A DNA stretch of 64,000 nt from Octopus sinensis (Eukaryota): assembly GCF_006345805.1 (NCBI RefSeq), contig NC_043005.1, forward strand, positions 2,852,001-2,916,000, given 5' to 3'. A program made the translations under genes and the position numbers. Under the pieces are notes generated by a model that saw nothing but the letters and a program-made list of their open reading frames with translations, ran no database searches and had not been told where the DNA came from. This document shows positions 39,844 through 54,378 of the stretch, one piece after another. The number at the start of each line of letters is the position of its first letter. Position 1 is the first letter of the stretch.

Positions 39844-40274
39844 CATATCCTTTGGGTCGTAAAATCGTTCTTCAAAAGACCAACTGTTGATTCAACTCTA
39901 ACGGAAACAGCAGCAGCAATGACAAGAACAACAACAACCCTGAAAAACAAAGATGGCGACAGCTACAAAGAAACAGCAATAAACGAAGGTTGAGGGTGGG
40001 AATGTGGGGGAGTGGCAGGAATGGTTCTTGGGTTTCAGTTCTGTCCCTGAAACTGTGATGGTGGAAGGGAACGGAGGGTGGCAGGAAGGAAAGTTGAAAG
40101 GAGCAACCACCACCACCACCCACAGCCAACACCCACAGCCAACACCATCGCCACCATCATCACTACTAAGACTATCATAACCATCAACATCATCATCAAC
40201 ATCGCTATCGTCGATGTTGTCACCGTCGTCATCATAATAATCTTCATTATTGTTATCGTCGGCGTTGTCGGCAC

Positions 40275-40326
<52 letters not shown>

Positions 40327-40353
40327 GTGTGTGTATGTATGTATGAATACATG

Positions 40354-40391
<38 letters not shown>

Positions 40392-40524
40392 CTCACACAC
40401 ATATATATATATATATGTATGTATGTATGTATGTATTCATACATACACACATACAGATATAGTTTACATGCATTTATACAGATATGAGTTGGTATGTGAG
40501 TGTATGTGTGTATGTGTGTGTGTG

Positions 40525-40573
<49 letters not shown>

Positions 40574-42290
40574 GATTGTTATGTCTGTATCAGTTAATAT
40601 ATCTTTTTCTACATTTATACACCCGCTTAACCGAATATATTTGATGTACATGTACGTAATCACCTCTGAAGGGGCCCAAACAGGGACAATAATATATGTA
40701 CCCCACAGAACAGGGGTACCTATTACCAATTGTTCTCGAAATCCTTTGAGAGTGATCGTAATATGCCAAACCTGACGGAAGTTTAGTAACTTCTACCTCA
40801 TCCCCCTTCAAATACTCCACTTACGATCGATGGTGTGTTTGGAAACACCCTTTTAACAATATAATTCTAATCAAACACAAGGAAAGTCATTAATGTTTGT
40901 TAATCTTCCACCATAACTTCAAGAAGATTTTCGAAAATCCACCCCCACCCCCACATCGCATCCCTAACTTATATTCACATCCTACCCTCCTCCTACGCCT
41001 CTTTCTTTCGACCATTTTTAAGTTCTTCCTTCGAAACTATTTTTGCATTTTATTTCATGGAGACACAAAAACAATTTGTACAACTTGTTGTTGTTGCTGC
41101 TGCTGCTGTTGTTGTTGTTGTTGTTATTGTTGTTGTTGTTGGTTGTTGTTGTTGTTGTTATTGTTGTTGTTGTTGTTGTTGCTGTTGTTGTTTTTGCTGC
41201 TGTAAATTCCTGGCCAGTCTCACTCAAGCAAAATATATGGGGTCATAGGTCAGCTGATCCTGATCTCTGGCTGACTTTTGATCATAAGCGTTCCACTCTT
41301 GACCATCACATCACTGCATCTATTTCTTCAGATGTAGTGCACTGAGGACTGCATTGTCCAATGTGTCTATCCTTGTTGAAGACAACGGAATATAATTTGA
41401 GGGATATTTGGTTACTATATCTAGCAGAACGAGCAACTAAGTTGAAGCTCCCCACGTCCCTGGTTAGACAAGAGCAATTTTGCTTTTTAAAAAAATCTTG
41501 AATCTAGTTGTGTATATTACTGGTATATTTATTCTTTTGAATGGCGACAGGGTAAAGAAAAGAACAGGTTTGACTTGCAAATTCAACGCAGCGCATCCAT
41601 TTAATTAGCCAATTTGGCTGCCCAGTTTAGCTGTCCAAGACCAACCAGTTTAGCTGTCCAAGACCAACCAGTTTAGCTCTCCGATGCTGACAATAATGCC
41701 CATAGTGTATCTAGGACAAAAATTATTCAATGTGTACATGTTTGTATATAAGACAGTAGGTTGTGATAGGAGGAAAGTTTGGCTACAGTTTCTGGCAGAA
41801 CGAATGACCCCGTTGAGGCTACCTGATAGTGAGACATACCATTCCATGGTAGATGTTAATAACCAGGTGGACTTAGCCACCCAGAGTTAAGTATCCTTAA
41901 CACTGAATCAACACAATTTCCCTTCATAAATGTTGTTGCTCTTGTTGTTTCTGTAATCATCCGTCCACCACCCGATTCTCCCCACCCGATCCTCACCACC
42001 CAGTCCTACCCACCCAACTATTTTGTTTTCTTCTTTGCCTTGGTTAATTACTTATCAGTGGTTTGTGCCCAACAAAATGGAATTAATTACAATTAAGGGT
42101 GAACAAGCCTAGGCGCATGTCCTCTCAATGCACTCAATGAACTAATTAACGACTGTTATTCAATAATCACCTGTACATCTGATGCAATCAGCAGCAGCCT
42201 CTACTTAGGAAATGAATGGAAATGAAATTAATAACGAAGGATGCGGGGGAGGTCGGTGGCGTTGCTATTTAATGGAGGCACAGTTAATTC

Positions 42291-42325
<35 letters not shown>

Positions 42326-42395
42326 CCTCCCTCCTCTCTCTCTCCACACACACATACACACATATATATGATATACGCATAAGTATGAGTAAATA

Positions 42396-42456
<61 letters not shown>

Positions 42457-42477
42457 GTCTGTCTGTCTGTATGTCTG

Positions 42478-42524
<47 letters not shown>

Positions 42525-42827
42525 CTATCTATCTCTATCTATCTCTCTTTCTATATATATATATAGACACACACATACATATATATGTATATATATATAA
42601 ATATATATATACACACACACACATATATATGTATGTATGTATGTACACTGATGGATGGATACATAAGTAGCGAAGGTATTAAATGGAAATAAAAAATAAT
42701 TATTTCCCCTAATATCAATTTTTTCTTCTCATTTCATATTTTTCTATGTTATCAAAAGGTAGACCCTGGTCGTACGCACCCACATTCATTCTCTTGTAGA
42801 AACGCACTCATATATTCATACATTTAA

Positions 42828-42861
<34 letters not shown>

Positions 42862-43109
42862 GCCAGTACGCCTGATCCTCAAATACAAACACTGAACCAA
42901 TTCTAGAATGTGGACGATGCTGTTGATTCACAGGTACCATTTGTTTTCTTCTGTTTTTAATTTTGGATCTTTATTTCCCGTGTTCAAATCCTATTTGGGA
43001 CGACTTTATTTTTCATGCCAAGCCAACATTATTTGTTGACTATTTTCATTGATAAAATAATGATTTCTGATACAGAAATATGTCACTCCCCCCCCCCTAT
43101 CCATTTGGT

Positions 43110-43560
43110 TCTCGTTTGAGAGGAATTTGGTGAAAGCAATGTCGTCACGCTCCACATAAAGGAAATTTTCGACAGAGTCTGCTAAGCGAATATTCGACCA
43201 AAACTGACTGCCAATGGGTTCTACGAGTCTTTCACCATCCATTGCTTGGATTGCATGCTTCCGATCAAATCACACAATCAGCAACTTGTGCTGGTGGACC
43301 TCTTTGTGTTCCCCATTCTATCAACTCATGCAGGTCCCAAGGGTTCGGTTTTGTCCCCCACCCACCCAACTCTCATCCTTCTCTACATCAATATTTGCCA
43401 TCATCATCATCCACAGGTGATGTTCCACTTCATCCTTTCTGAACCCTCCCTATTCATATATCATCCATTTGCAACGTAAACACCACATGACAATCCCACA
43501 TTCATTCCATGAATGGAAATCTCCAAAATATCCTCAAATGGGGATAATATACCAATTCTG
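43110..43560 (+). pseudogene. Highly decayed LINE RT fragment
   Basis: Remnants FGES.V..L.I.K.FDRV and (A)GP.QGSVLSPT across frameshifts. Confidence 0.55.
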
Positions 43561-45134
43561 TCTCCTTCAACAATAAAACATCGCCACACATTCTTTAATA
43601 CAACTAGGATCTCCATGATCCCTCAAAATGTTGGGCTTCATTGTTATTGAGGGCCCCACAGGTAGGATTTACAGTCAGGACCTAAAACAATACCACAGGT
43701 TATACTCAATACCACAAATAATTTTCTCTGTCACTCTACTGATTCTCCATTCCGTCATATGGCAGGAAATACTCAAATGTTTTAATAACTTATATTTGTG
43801 CTTTTTATTCAAGGATTTCGAATGCTAACTTCGTCATTGATCTTACTGACTTTATGAAAGTGGTGCTATAACTGTGACGCGGGTAAAAAATGTCCTGCAA
43901 GAAATTAAATATAAACTTCCACCACCGCTTAACTTTACCATAATTTTCCGGTCGTTGATTCTGGGCAGCAATGAACAAGTAAAAACTGGGAGAACCCTTT
44001 ATATGGTGAATCATGGGGCTTCAGATTTAATGTTTCAACCATTCCTGCAATAATTATAGAAATTCCTGTATATTTCTGGGAGAAGTATCTGCAAATCAAA
44101 TGTTCACAAGGTTTAAAGCTGTGTGATCATCGAAACGGAAGCAATTCAGTTCCTCTTGTCTTTGTTCTTTGCCAAAATCCAGTAAAAACTTCATCACGGA
44201 AAAGAGTTTAGGGTCTGTTTTTCAGGCCAAAAAATTCGAACATTGACAAAGTTGGTTGAAAAAGGAAAGAAGAAGAAGAAAGACTCTTCATACGCCATTC
44301 TAAGTTAAATACTTGAAGCGTCCCAACTCCAAATACTTGTCCCCACGTATTCCACGTGTCCAAAGCCAAGGCGAGTGGTTGATGCTTAGCCCTGGATCAG
44401 TGTTTATTGAGCAGACATATAATAAAAAGGTGTTCTAGACACGACCATCCTATCACATATCTAGGACTGCATTATCAAATGAGTTCTTTCTGTTTCACCA
44501 AGGCAGAATATAATTTCAGAAAGAATTGGCTGCTCTTTTTAGAAAGTCGAGCTATCTCATTGAGGTTCCCTCGTAGGTAAGACAACATTCATCTCATTAA
44601 TCAGCCTTAATTTTCATTGAACCATTCTTCATTGATTTGATTTGGTCAGTCACGTAATGGACATACGAAGAGATGGAAGCACGTCTACCATTCCAAAAAC
44701 TAAAGAGAAATAAAACATGGACCGATCAACCAGATGGATTCACAGGTTGCCATTGTGACTACAAGAGTTAACCGAGAGAGGCATTTTAAAGAAGGTGGTG
44801 GCACCAAAGAAACTTCACCCCATTCCCTACTTTATCTGCCACCAAGAAATTTATCTCTGAACATTGGAAGGAGCTGAAAAATAAGAGCAGGTTGGTGAAA
44901 CCTGTAATATTGGCGTGTCCAAATTCTGCTCTTTCGCTGCCCCTATATTCAAACGATAATGACCACAATACTGAGAGACACCAAAGGTGGACAGTGTATG
45001 CAGGGGCCAAATCAACAATCACATAGAACTGCTGCCTATGTCACTGATCGTGGTCCTGTTGATTTCGGCGCAATAATGGGCGTCTATATTACTCAAGACA
45101 GTCTCATATATATATATATATATGCGAGACAACA

Positions 45135-45470
45135 GAAGAGCTACTGGAAGAGTTTAAAGGAACTGAAGCTCTACTCCCGAGAGAGATTTGAAAGTGATAT
45201 ACATATGGAAGATTCTGGAAGGTGTAGCTCCCAACCATGGAATTTCACTTATATATACAACCACCGAACTGGACGGCGCTGCATATTACCAAAGTTCCCG
45301 TCTTCTCCGTGTAGAATAAGGACCCAGTATTGTAATAGTTTGGATTCCAAGGGTCCACAGCTGTTCAACATTCTACTAGTCAGTTTCAGAGATTTGTGAG
45401 GTGTAGATGCGGAGGCCTTCAAAGAGCGTCTGAGCAAATTTTTATTTGAGATACCAGATGAATGCTCAAA
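45135..45470 (+). pseudogene. 3' fragment of the 31.8-35 kb LINE family
   Basis: SYWKSLKELKLYS, RTGRRC..P, YCNSL..KGPQLFNIL. Confidence 0.75.
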
Positions 45471-45594
45471 GAAGAACAGCTTCCATTGAGAAAAGCTAAG
45501 GAGCCAGAAACGCGCGTATGATGGTCAAGGAAGTTGATCTTCAGACTGGGTTAAAGGGATGAGCATCCCTTTGTTGTACATCAACTAATGTTAT

Positions 45595-45729
45595 ATCGCC
45601 TGAAGAAATGAATCAATGATGATGATCAACCGGATGCCCACCGATACTACGGACTTCACTGTAATCGTCCCAGGAATACGGACTTTGATCTTAAGAGACA
45701 TACGATTTTGTGGAAACGCGCGTAGCGAT
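45595..45729 (+). ncRNA. Type I hammerhead ribozyme with an extended stem II
   Basis: ATCGC CTGAAGA [~105 nt, imperfect hairpin] GAAACGCGCGTA GCGAT. Confidence 0.55.
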
Positions 45730-45981
45730 GCGTTGAATATTTATAAATTCAATCCAAGAATTATTGGTATTATTATAATATTGATTCTACATTGTATTGG
45801 TACAACTTGATGCAACCCCGAAAAACTAGTTCAACATCATGGAATAGCAGCTTTATTTGCATATTCAAAACGTTTCCCATAAACAAATTTAAAAGACACA
45901 CACACACATACATATTTATTTATGCATATATGTAGATATGCATATATACATATACATATATATATATATATTATATATATA

Positions 45982-46036
<55 letters not shown>

Positions 46037-46114
46037 ATATACATATTTATGTATGCATATATATATATACATACATACACAAAAAGCCCGTCGTATATAT
46101 ATATATGTATGCCT

Positions 46115-46320
46115 GTGTTCATCCCCCCACCCTCATCATCGCTTGACAACCGATGTTGGTGTGTTTACGTCTCCGTAGCTTAGCGGTTCGGCAAAAGTAA
46201 CCGATAGAATAATTACTAGGCTTACAAAGAATAAATCTTGGTATTTACAAAGAATAAATCTTAGCGGTGCTCCAGCATGGCTGCAGTTAAACGAGTGAAA
46301 CAAGTAAAAGAATAAAAGAA
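46115..46320 (+). mobile_element. SINE family A 3' part
   Basis: GCTTGACAACCGATG...GCGGTGCTCCAGCATGG. Confidence 0.7.
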
Positions 46321-46966
46321 TACATGATTAAGCACATAACTGCAAAACTAGGTGGAGAAATAGTACTCGATTACCGAAGGCAGAGTCATATACCTTTTTT
46401 TTTATTAAAGCTGTGATCAAGACTGGAACAAAATTGATACCTACTGTGTGTGTGTGTGAGTGTGTGTGTGTGTGTTGTGTGTGTGTGTGTGTGTGGCGAG
46501 TGTATGTGTGTGTATGTGTGAGTGTGTGTGTGTGTGCGTATGTGTGTGTGCTGGGGGGTGTACTTCTGATTGCATTTCAGTATAATTCATTGATCTTTAC
46601 GTATGACTCCATACAAGAGAGAGAAGCGGGGGTGGGCGTGGTAGGAGAGTGTTCGAGGCTATAAGTGTAAGCAAATATACATATTTTTATATTTGAATGT
46701 AATTATACAGAAAGGACAAAGAAGAAACAGAGAGCGTGGAGGGGGGGGAATGTGTGTGTGTGTGTCCAGCAGTAAGTTAAAGTATAAAATATTAAGCCCG
46801 AAATATAAATGACTGGACAGCGAAGAAGGTGGACTGTAAGGTTTTATTCTCTTTTAATAACTCTGTAATGACGTATACATGTCTCGTGTGAGTGTATGTG
46901 TGTGTGTGTGTGGGGGGGGGTTATATATATATATATATAGATTATATATATATATATTATATATAT

Positions 46967-47001
<35 letters not shown>

Positions 47002-47243
47002 TATATTATATATATATATATATATATATCTATAGATAGATAGATAGATAGATATAGATATAGATATAGATTATAGATATAGATATAGATATAGCTAGAC
47101 AGATAGATAGATACATAGATACATACACACATACATACATAGATACATACATTACATAAGTATACATATGCATATCTCTCTCTCACTCTCTCTCTCTCTC
47201 TCTCTCCATATATATATGTGTGTGTGTGTATGTGTGTGTGTTT

Positions 47244-48096
47244 GGTCTAATCAATACGTATCCGGACTGTTGCCATTGTAACGAAGCTAAAACACGCTGA
47301 GTAAAACTACTTGGCACAGATTGACCTTGAACTCCGTTGTATATGTGCACTAAGTTTTAACATTCTAGCTTACTTCCGCTGTTTCGAGCAGTGCTTGGAA
47401 GGAACGTGTGAAGCATGTGATCGTCACATTTACTCTGATAGGCTAAGCTTAGCAGAGAATCTGCATCAAATGTTGCCAAAAGCTTGGCTATACCTGATCA
47501 GAGTCCTGTTCGACACAATCAAGATCTTGTGCAACAGAAACCCGAGTGCCATTTTGGTCAGCTGAAAGCGGTTTTGGCACAAACTTGGCAGACACGCATC
47601 CCATACCCAAGTGTTCAGTGATAATGGACTGAACTGAACTGTAACTAATCTGAACATCCTCTGATAACTCACGGATGGGGATTCGAAGATTTCCCCTCAT
47701 AACTGCACACACATCTGTGATGTTTTTCTCAGTTCTGCTGGTTGCAGTTCTCCCAAAACATTCGTCAATATCGAGATTTTTTCGGCCATCTTGGAAATGT
47801 CTGAACCACTCGTACACTTGGCTGCGGCTCATACACTCCTCTTCATACACTTTCTGTAACTTTGCGTCGGCCTCTGAGCAGGTATCACCATGGCAAATTT
47901 GCCATAGTCAATGCGACGATCACACACTACACACCTTCCTTCCAGGCACTGCTGTAAACAGCGGAAGTGAGCTAGAACGTTAAAACATTGTGCGCATGTA
48001 CAGCAGAGTTCAAAGTCAATCTGTGCTAAGTGGCTTTACTCTGCGTACTTTAGCTTCGTTTCTATGGCAACAGTCCGGATATTTATTGATCAGACC

Positions 48097-48099
<3 letters not shown>
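47244..48099 (-). mobile_element. Non-autonomous mariner derivative with ~185-bp TIRs and an N-terminal transposase remnant
   Basis: 47244-47425 mirrors 47915-48099; ORF 47488-47850 contains MSRSQVYEWF..F..GR and AKFVPK.L. Confidence 0.82.
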
Positions 48100-48129
<30 letters not shown>

Positions 48130-48135
48130 TGTATA

Positions 48136-48538
48136 CTCTCTTTTACTCTTTTACTTGTTTCAGTCATTTGACTGCGGCCATGCTGGAGCACCGCCTTTAG
48201 TCGAGCAAATCTACCCCAGGACTTATTCTTTGTAAGTCCAGTATTTATTCTATCGGTCTCTTTTACCGAACCTCTAAGTGACGGGGACGTAAACACACCA
48301 GCATCGGTTGTCAAGCAATGCTAGGGAGACAAACACAAACACATACACACACACATACATATATATATATACATATATACGACAGGCTTCTTTCAGTTTC
48401 CGTCTACCAAATCCACTCACAAGGCATTGGTCGGCCCGGGACTATAACAGAAGACACTTGCCCAAGATGCCACGCAGTGGGACTGAACCCGGAACCATGT
48501 GGTTGGTTAGCAAGCTACCTACCACACAGCTACTCCTG
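48136..48538 (-). mobile_element. SINE family A, full length
   Basis: tRNA-like head, internal TA/CA, tail GGCGGTGCTCCAGCATGGCCGCAGTCAAATGACTGAAAC(AAGTAAAAGAG)n. Confidence 0.85.
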
Positions 48539-48718
48539 AGTATATGTAATGAATATATATATATATTCATTACATATACTCATGCATGCATTACCATGTG
48601 AGTGTGTGTCCTGAGAATGTATGGAAGCTAATGCAAAACAGGGCATAAACTCTTCCATTTTATTAACTGACGTCAATCAATCAACTCACATATTTGCAGG
48701 CTAATTCTTCTTTTACGT

Positions 48719-48976
48719 CAGTGCTTCTCAAACAGGGTCCATATGACTGACCTTTAGGGGTCCATATGACCCTTAGGGTTCGATATAAGATTTTGTTTTT
48801 AACATTCATGTCCAATAAATCGGTTTTACTTCGAAAATATTTTAACAACTTTTTTTATATGTAATTCCTAAAAATATTCAATTTAAAATAAAATACATCG
48901 AATTTTTATGAGGGTCCTTAAGAGTAAAATAGGGATCAGAGGGGGTCTGTAGGTAAAAAATGGTTGGGAATCACTG
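48719..48976. mobile_element. hAT (Charlie-like) MITE
   Basis: CAGTGCTTCTCAAAC / GGTTGGGAATCACTG termini; TSD not preserved. Confidence 0.55.
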
Positions 48977-49320
48977 CTCCATACAAAGGGGTACTACTGA
49001 ATTTAGGTTCGATTCCAAGCGATGCACTTCTACCTTAGTGAAGCCAACTTCTGAATCTTCTTTGAAAAATCCGGGGGTACACGATTGTACCCGTTACTTC
49101 ATTGTCACTTTTACCTCGTCTACTTCATCAAATCATTGTCCTTGAAGATTTCTTGGTTATCTCACCCCCATTAAAAAATTGCCATTAAAAAAATATTATC
49201 AGATTCAATAAGATGTTTAATTATTTCATTTTTCCTGTTTATTAATCTTTTCAGTTTTGTAGGATTTGTTATAAAAAATATTATCAGAAGATTTCATCGT
49301 TTCGCCTTTTTTTTTACCTA

Positions 49321-49995
49321 CGCGCAGGAGTGGCCGTGTGGTAAGTAGCTTGCTTCCCAACCACATAGTTCCGGGTTCAGTCCCACTGCGTGGCACCTTG
49401 GGCAAGTGTCTTCTACTATAGCCTCGGGCCGACCAAAGCCTTGTGAGTGGATTTGGTAGACGGAAACTGAAAGAAGCCCGTCGTATATATATATATATTA
49501 TATATATATATTATAAGAAATGAGGTACTCAGAAGATCGGATGGTTTATATTTACAGATATTTATTTGTATATTACATTTTTTATATATATATATCATAT
49601 CACTTAGATCATTAGCGCTTTCTCCCATTCTAGTGGGGTTTTCATATATATAGTTAATCCAAACAAGAAAACACAAAAAAACACAACAACGCGAGGACGT
49701 GGAACACATAAAGTATTATTGGACGCTCAGGAAAGAAGGAAAGGAGGAGGGTTTAACGTTTCGAGCGGAGCTCTTCGTCGGAAACATAGAAGGAAAGATC
49801 CAGAGAAGGGAAGACAGAGGGAAATATATATATATATATATATATATATGCGTGTGTTTGTGTGTCTGTGTTTGTCCCCCCAGCATCGATTGACAACTGA
49901 TGCTGGTGTGTTTACGTCCCCGTAACTTAGCGGTTCGGCAAAAAAGACCGAAAGAATAAGTACTAGGCTTACAAAGAATAAGTTGTGAGGTCGAT
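49321..49995 (+). mobile_element. SINE family A copy with nested inserts in its (TA)n
   Basis: Head 49321-49485, tail 49860-49995. Confidence 0.8.
49751..49785 (-). ncRNA. Minimal hammerhead ribozyme variant
   Basis: GTTT CCGACGA A GAGC TCC GCTC GAAACGTT AAAC. Confidence 0.6.
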
Positions 49996-50249
49996 TCCAT
50001 GATTTGTTGCCAAAAATTACTGTGATCGCACCGTGGTAGGGCGAAAGTCGATCCGTTTCCCATTCTTGTTCGGTTCCTTCCTCTAAATGACCCCTCTCAG
50101 CTCTTCGTCTCAATGTACGGCCCCGTTACAGTCACGTCCCAGAAGATCATGCAGAACGACGCCATTGTTATCCCCCAAAATACAGTCTCCCCACCCCACC
50201 TCCGTCATTTTCTGTCACCTATTGGACTTCTTAGGGATTTGCGCTACAC

Positions 50250-50285
<36 letters not shown>

Positions 50286-50299
50286 GTACACACACGCAT

Positions 50300-50334
<35 letters not shown>

Positions 50335-50512
50335 AGACAGATTGAGACAGAGACAGACAGACAGACAGGCAGACAGACAAGCAGACAGACAAACAAATGG
50401 ACGGACGGACGGACAAACAGACAGACAGACAGACAGGCAGGCAGTTAACCAGACAGATAGGCAGACAGACAAACTGATGGACAGACTGACAGCCGGACAG
50501 ACAGACAGACAG

Positions 50513-50564
<52 letters not shown>

Positions 50565-50565
50565 G

Positions 50566-50619
<54 letters not shown>

Positions 50620-51400
50620 CAGATAGATAGATAGATAGACGGACAGACAGATAATGAAAAAATAGAAATAAAATGCCGAGTGGATCGTTGGTGGTCTTTG
50701 GCAAAAAGCAACATTAAATATAAAATAAAAATGATAGAAAACAGCTTTTAAAAAACAAAATCGCTAATGGGCGGATCCACTTGCTTCTTTCTTTCTTTCT
50801 TTCTTCTCCTCCTGCCCCACACCCCCGACCTCCACCCCCTGCACTTTCAGACGACCACACTTCTTTAACACCTCCATATAAATGTTAGTGATAGCCAAGA
50901 TGGTAAGATCTTGTCTTGCAGAGAACAATGGACATGGGGGGCGGGGGCGGGGGGGGGGGGTGACTGTCGGTGGTCAGTCAGCAAGACCACCGTCACGCTC
51001 GCCGCCACCACCACCACCACCATCACACAACACACCACCAACGTTTATTATAAACTGGAGGTCGAAGTTATGCCATAAAACTCTTATATTGGCAGAGATG
51101 TATTCATGTACCACACACACACACACACACGTACACATGCACACACACACACACATATACACCCGTACACACACACACACACGTACACATGCACATATAT
51201 ACACGTACACCCGCACACACACACACACACGTACACCCGCACACACACACACACACATATACACCCGTACATACACGCATACTCAAAGGTCTACATAAGT
51301 ATGCGTATGTGCAACACATTCATAGACATTAAGTTTATACACTCTCTCTTTATTTATCTCTCTCTTTCTCTCAACTTCTCTCCGAGTCTCTCTTATACAG

Positions 51401-51458
<58 letters not shown>

Positions 51459-51496
51459 TATTGTTATTATTGCTACTACTACCACTACTACTACTA

Positions 51497-51690
51497 AAGG
51501 CGGCGAGCTGGTGGAATCGTTAGCACGGCGGGTGAAATGCTTAGCGGTTCTGAGTTCGAATTCCGCCGAGGTCACCTTTGCCTTTCATCGCTTTCGGGGT
51601 CGATAAATTAAGTACCAGTCGAGCACTGGGGTCGATGTAATCGTCTTACACCGTCCTCCAAACTTGCTGGCCTTGTGCCAAAATTAGAAA
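51497..51690 (+). mobile_element. SINE family B copy (Meta-domain-like core)
   Basis: GGCGGCGAGCTGG head, GAGTTCGAATTCC box B, CCTTTCATC..TTCGGGGTCGATAAATTAAGTACCAG core. Confidence 0.75.
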
Positions 51691-51814
51691 GTATCATTAT
51701 AATTGTCATCATATCAGCAGCAGCAGCAGCAGCATCATTATCAATTATACGTAATTATATCTGCCTTCATTAACACACACCTACACACGCATTACTTATA
51801 TATACCACAGAATA

Positions 51815-51895
51815 TATATATACACACACATACATACATACATACACACACACATACATACACACACACACACATACATACACACACACACACAT

Positions 51896-51926
<31 letters not shown>

Positions 51927-52562
51927 TACATACACACACACACACATACATACATACATACATACATACTACATACATACACACACATACATACATAAAT
52001 ACATACATACATACTACACATACATACATACATACATACATACATACATACATACACACACATACATACATAAATACATACATACATACATACACATACA
52101 TACATACATACATACATACATACATACATACACACACATACATACATAAATACATACATACATACATACACATACATACATACATACACACACATACATA
52201 CATACATACATAAATACAACAACACACATACATACATACATACATACATACATAACTAACAACACACATACATACATACATAAATACACACACACACATA
52301 CATACATACATACATACATACATAAATACACACACACATACATACATACATAAATACACACACACACATACATACATACATACATACATACATAAATACA
52401 CACATACATACATACATACATAAATACACACACACACATACATACATACATACATACATACATACATACATACATACACACACACACATACATACATACA
52501 TACATACATACATACATACATACATACATACATACATACATACACACACACATACATACATA
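51815..52562. repeat. (CATA)n/(CA)n compound microsatellite
   Basis: Seen directly. Confidence 0.9.
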
Positions 52563-52864
52563 CTGAAAACAGGTCTTCCTTGAAGAAAACGGAAACCGGT
52601 GGGGGGGGGCATATATCGAAGCAAGGGTGGGTGGGGGAACGGAGAAAAGATGAGAAACTTTGAATGACAAGGAAAGAGGAGGGGAAGGCACCACAAGGGG
52701 GAGGGATCTGTCGGTTTATATACACTTGTGTATATGTATATATATACATATACACATATACACATGGATACGTATATATGTGTGTGTGTGTATATATATA
52801 CATATATATAGACACATATATATATATACATACATATACATATATATATATATACATGGACACG

Positions 52865-52960
<96 letters not shown>

Positions 52961-53807
52961 ATATATACATGGACACGTATATAATATATATATCTAACAT
53001 GTAAGTGAGAACGAAAGAGTGGCGATAAAGCTGGGCGAAAGGTGAGGTGGTGACTGCGACAAATTTAATGGGAAAAACCTAACAAACTTTCGGATTGGCA
53101 ACATCAGATTTTGTTGGTATTGTTGTTGTTGTTGTTGTTATTGCCAGGTAGACAGCTGCAATGAGGGACTAACAGACAACAAGGCACACAATCAAAGAGG
53201 GACATCGTCTTCTTAACTGCGACGACACGCTGGGTTTATCGGTAGGTCTATCTATTTATCTATCCATCCATCCCTCTTCTCTGTACATCTCAGTTTCGAT
53301 GTCTCTGATTTATGTGTGTATAAGCATAAAATATATATGCATGTACACATGTAGATATGTGCATGCATATGTCTAAGTATGTGTATGTGTGTATGTATAT
53401 ATGCATATATATATGTATGTATGTGCGTGTATATATATATGTATGTGTGTATATATATATACACACACATATATGCATATATATGTATGCATGTGTTTAT
53501 ATATACATATATATATGCATATATATATATATGTACACACATTTATATATATATACATATACATATATATATATATACATGCATATATATTCATATATAC
53601 ATAAATGTATATATGAATATATATGCATGCCCATTCGAGCAGAGAGTTATTGTTTTGCGGAGACATATCCGGGTGTGGGTGGTTGTCGAAATATATATAT
53701 ATGTATATATATATACATATATACATCTATATATAATTATATATATATATATATAATATTATATATATATATATTATATATATATATATATATACATGTA
53801 TATATAA

Positions 53808-53857
<50 letters not shown>

Positions 53858-54214
53858 TATATAGATGTATATATAATATATATATATATTATATATATAT
53901 ATACATGTTATATATATATATGCATGTATGTACACATTTATGTACACATGTATCTATGTATATATTTATGCATGTATTCATGTATATATGTATGAATGTA
54001 TATGAATATAAATGCATGTATGTATGTAGGTATGTATGCATACATGTATGAGTGTGTGTGTGTGTGTGTGTGTGTGTAAATGCACCAACAACAAATAACA
54101 TGAACAACAAACGCGAATGAAGGTATAGTAAACATCATACAAGTCCACTTGTCGATTTATTGCAAAATATCAGCGCTTCCAGGGAAGCTACATCAATCGC
54201 TTCGTAGCAATTCG

Positions 54215-54378
54215 TTTCTGCTCTAGGTACATGGCCCGAAATTTTGGGGGAAGGGGACAGTCGATTAGATCGACCCCAGTACGCAACTGGTACTTAATTT
54301 ACCGACCCCGAAAGGATGAAAGACAAAGTCGACCTCGGCGGAATTTGAACTCAGAACGTTTCTGCCAGCTCGCCGGTG
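54215..54378 (-). mobile_element. SINE family B copy
   Basis: Reverse match to 51497-51690. Confidence 0.7.

Noticed and set aside
41622-41678. 23-bp direct repeat, about 2.5 copies
   Set aside because: Simple tandem duplication without spacers; not CRISPR
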